A DNA stretch of 64,000 nucleotides, taken from Salpingoeca rosetta. Taxonomy: Eukaryota > Protista > Choanoflagellata. The notes under the pieces are model-generated. The model was not told where the DNA came from and ran no database searches. It was given only the letters and a program-made list of their open reading frames with translations. Both the position numbers and the translations under genes were made by a program. The stretch lies in assembly GCA_033442325.1 (NCBI GenBank), contig JAWQFM010000008.1, positions 1,051,194 through 1,115,193 of the forward strand, given 5' to 3'. Positions 59,521-64,000 of this stretch are shown piece after piece; position 1 is the stretch's first letter, and the number at the start of each line of letters is the position of its first letter.

Positions 59521-60189
59521 TTAGATGGACACGGTGGAAGGCCGGGTGTAGCTTGGCGGTGCTTGGGGCAGGGTGCGCTGCGCTTCTGCTGCCGGCGGCG
59601 GCGGTGCAGTTGAGGAGGCGACGGCATCTTCGTACGAAGGCGGCTGGTTCTCGAGCTCTTCGTACGACGGAAGGTGGTCTGTCGCAATGGTTGCTGTTGT
59701 TGTTGGGATCAAGACTTGGTGGTCAGGGTGTCGCGGTCGATGGTGGGACCGGTGCCGGTGTCGCCTGTGGTGGTGGTGCTGGTGGTGGTGAGCAGCGCGT
59801 TGGCGTGGGTCGTCTGCGTCTTGCATGTGAGCGTGGCTTGCTGCATGTGTTCGTCTGCGTGCGATTATCGTTGCTGCCGGCGCCGCTGCTGGGTGGGGGC
59901 GGCGTGCTTGTTGCTGCTGTTGTCGTTGCTGTCGTCGCATCGCCTTGCGAAGTTGCCGGCGTCGCTGATACCTCACGCCCGCGTACACCAGGCATGCGAC
60001 GCCAAAGCCAATGGCCACCCCGATCATGGTCTTGTTGGGGAAGAAGGGCTGCAGGGATGTCGAGCAAGTACAGGATGTTGTGGCAGCAAGGGGGAGGGGA
60101 GGACTTGCTTGACATAAGCTGCGCGAGACTGATGGAGCTTGGATTGCTTGTATCTGGCTGGTGGTGATGGTGATTGATGAGTCATCCAA
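59521..60189 (-). CDS. Single-pass membrane protein with three PY motifs (Nedd4/WW-domain adaptor-like); start uncertain (the ORF-track start is not ATG; first ATG at 60027)
   Basis: Hydrophobic segment MIGVAIGFGVACLVYAGV followed by the basic stop-transfer RYQRRRQLRK. The cytosolic tail has LPSYEEL, PPSYEDA and PPSY. Confidence 0.7.
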   Translation of the reverse strand: MDDSSITITTSQIQAIQAPSVSRSLCQASPPLPLAATTSCTCSTSLQPFFPNKTMIGVAIGFGVACLVYAGVRYQRRRQLRKAMRRQQRQQQQQARRPHPAAAPAATIIARRRTHAASHAHMQDADDPRQRAAHHHQHHHHRRHRHRSHHRPRHPDHQVLIPTTTATIATDHLPSYEELENQPPSYEDAVASSTAPPPPAAEAQRTLPQAPPSYTRPSTVSI

Positions 60190-60375
60190 AATGATGTATA
60201 CTTAATTCAGTCACGAATTCAGTCGCATTTTTCAACACCACCCACCTCTTCCACCCCTTTGTTTTTCCTCGTACGAAAACATTCACGAGCGCAGGCGACT
60301 GGCGAGGATCGCAAACACACCGGTGCTTGCCTTGCTGGCCTTGCTTTACACGCACCTCCCTGCCGTTTCAACACC

Positions 60376-61243
60376 ATGGTTAAGGCCGGAACGACTGCCG
60401 CTGGCGGCGGCGGTGGTGGTACGCTCACCCCACTGCTAGTGATAGTAATGATGATGTGTGCACTGGTCACGGGCGAGGCGAGCGGCGGCAGGGCGTCGAG
60501 TGCCATCGCAAATACACACGCATGCACACAGCAGCATGTGCTCGCAGTATCGACGGGAAGAACTGGCAGCACTTTGCTCATGCGCGCGCTCGCCGCCTTT
60601 GAAGCGGCGTTTGCCATCCCCGAACCGTTCCGCGCTTGGATGGAGGACGCGCACGCCCCTGACGTGCCATCCTACTCTAGCCTGTTCACCTGCGACTTCT
60701 TACACGACGCCGACGTCACACGAAAGGTGCAGTTAAACGCCTGATAGCCACCTGGTCGTCTGCTTGGCGAGGGAGGGCGTGCGCGCTGTATGTATGTATG
60801 TATGTATGTATGTGTGTGTGTGTGTCAAGAGCGTGGAGACATGATGTAGACAATGGAGAATCACGCACAAAGATAAAGACAGGGATCGGGCCGCCCTCCT
60901 GTTGCACGTGTAACGTGCACCGCCTATACACCCATGTCAACGCACACCAATCACATCATCTTACCTCCTTGCGCTGTACTGCCAATGCACGCTACAAAAT
61001 GAAGGTGTTCTGGGAGTACGCTTGCACTAACAACCGGGTCATCGTCAGGCACAGTCCACTGCTGCAGCGTTGCAAGCAAGGGCAGATGACGGCTGATGAT
61101 CGCAAGCACCTGTTTCACGCGTGCTCAAGAACATGTGTGAAGGTCATCAAGACCATCCGCTTCAACCGGTTTCCTCTCACCAATGCCGAGACCAAACAAC
61201 TCCAGGATCTTGGGAATCTGAACGTCCTACACATCGTGAGGCA
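60376..61243 (+). CDS. Golgi-type carbohydrate sulfotransferase (CHST1-7/GlcNAc6ST-like), 3' portion not present
   Basis: N-terminal signal/anchor, 5'-PAPS-binding loop HVLAVSTGRTGSTLL, FAIPEPF, LFTCDF, ACSRTCVKVIKTIRF and NLNVLHIVR. A GTAAGT donor follows at 61244, but no downstream exon carrying the rest of the 3'-PB motif is visible. Confidence 0.75.
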
Positions 61244-61483
61244 GTAAGTATGCCGTGCACAACAGAACTCGGTCCTTTGCTTCGCATCTCTGGTCTCTGG
61301 ATGTACACATGAGCCTGCACACGTGTCATGTCATGTCAATTCAGTAGTTGGTGGTGGATCATGCGTGCGCCAGTACGCGCGCATGTCGACACAACAGTAG
61401 AAACATTCACAGACATAGTTGTGCACACATACGCATCTCAACGCACAAAATAAACACACACACGCACACGCACAAACAAACAC

Positions 61484-63548
<2,065 letters not shown>

Positions 63549-63721
63549 GGTGGTGGTGCTCAAGTGTTGGAAGCGGCAGTGATTGCAAGAGCAAGCAGAG
63601 ATTGGAGAGCAAAGCTGAAGAAGCAACATCTGCTGCTTGAGGTGTCACCCGTTTAGAAATTTAATTGATATCTTGCACAAATCACCAACAACCAGCCTGT
63701 CAACCTTTCTTCCTTCCACCT

Positions 63722-63757
<36 letters not shown>

Positions 63758-63761
63758 TCTC

Positions 63762-63809
<48 letters not shown>

Positions 63810-63815
63810 ACCCTG

Positions 63816-63991
63816 TCATGACTCTCCCTCCTCCTCCTCCTCCTCCTCCTCCTCCTCCTCCTCCTCATGACGTTGGTGTTTGGTGTCCCTTCCGCCTTCC
63901 TCGCCTGCATCCTGCTCCGCGAGCGCGCCCGTGGCCGCTTCCTTCTGGATGAGCGGCGCCAGCGCGTCAACAAAGCTGAAGTAGCAGTACC
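63816..63991 (-). CDS. Probable terminal exon of a gene entering from the right edge
   Basis: Acceptor tgtcag|G, then YCYFSFVDALAPLIQKEAATGALAEQDAGEEGGRDTKHQRH(E)n GES* with coding-like codon usage, followed by a (GA)n 3' region. Confidence 0.5.
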
Positions 63992-64000
63992 TGACATCAA

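Noticed and set aside
47835-61243. Possible lipid/secondary-metabolite gene cluster (acyltransferase, DAG lipase, sulfotransferase)
   Set aside because: The genes are interspersed with unrelated ones, there is no core synthase and there is no evidence of co-regulation, so proximity is probably coincidental.

Overview
This is intron-rich eukaryotic DNA, with GT-AG introns filled with (CA)n/(TG)n microsatellites. Composition and gene content suggest a unicellular holozoan, probably a choanoflagellate such as Salpingoeca; this is an inference and is not verified. Most ORFs in the six-frame track are microsatellite or antisense artefacts. Manual splicing supports about 16 protein-coding genes, largely arranged as head-to-head pairs: cysteine dioxygenase (-), an EF-hand/coiled-coil protein (-), SCYL3-like pseudokinase (+), AGPAT5-like acyltransferase (-), CTF18 (+), GRWD1/Rrb1 (-), a ~1,990-aa harmonin-homology/PDZ/PDZ/polyproline/WH2-like protein (+), MOG1 (-), a 2xDCX + 3x flagellar-Ca-binding-protein-like EF-hand protein (-), a UBE2Q-family E2 (+), an intronless divergent carnitine/choline acyltransferase (+), an orphan with internal repeats (-), diacylglycerol lipase (+), a PPxY single-pass membrane protein (-), a carbohydrate sulfotransferase (+, 3' part missing) and a duplicated-module multipass membrane protein (-, 3' part missing). 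A terminal exon of one further gene lies at the right edge. The best candidates for new biology are (1) an Usher-type HHD-PDZ scaffold fused to a WASP-like WH2-C-A tail, a possible actin/microvillus regulator; (2) a doublecortin-calflagin fusion, a possible Ca2+-switched axonemal microtubule binder; and (3) an E2 with four tandem SIM-like motifs, a possible SUMO-targeted E2. Exon boundaries were assigned by eye and no database searches were run.
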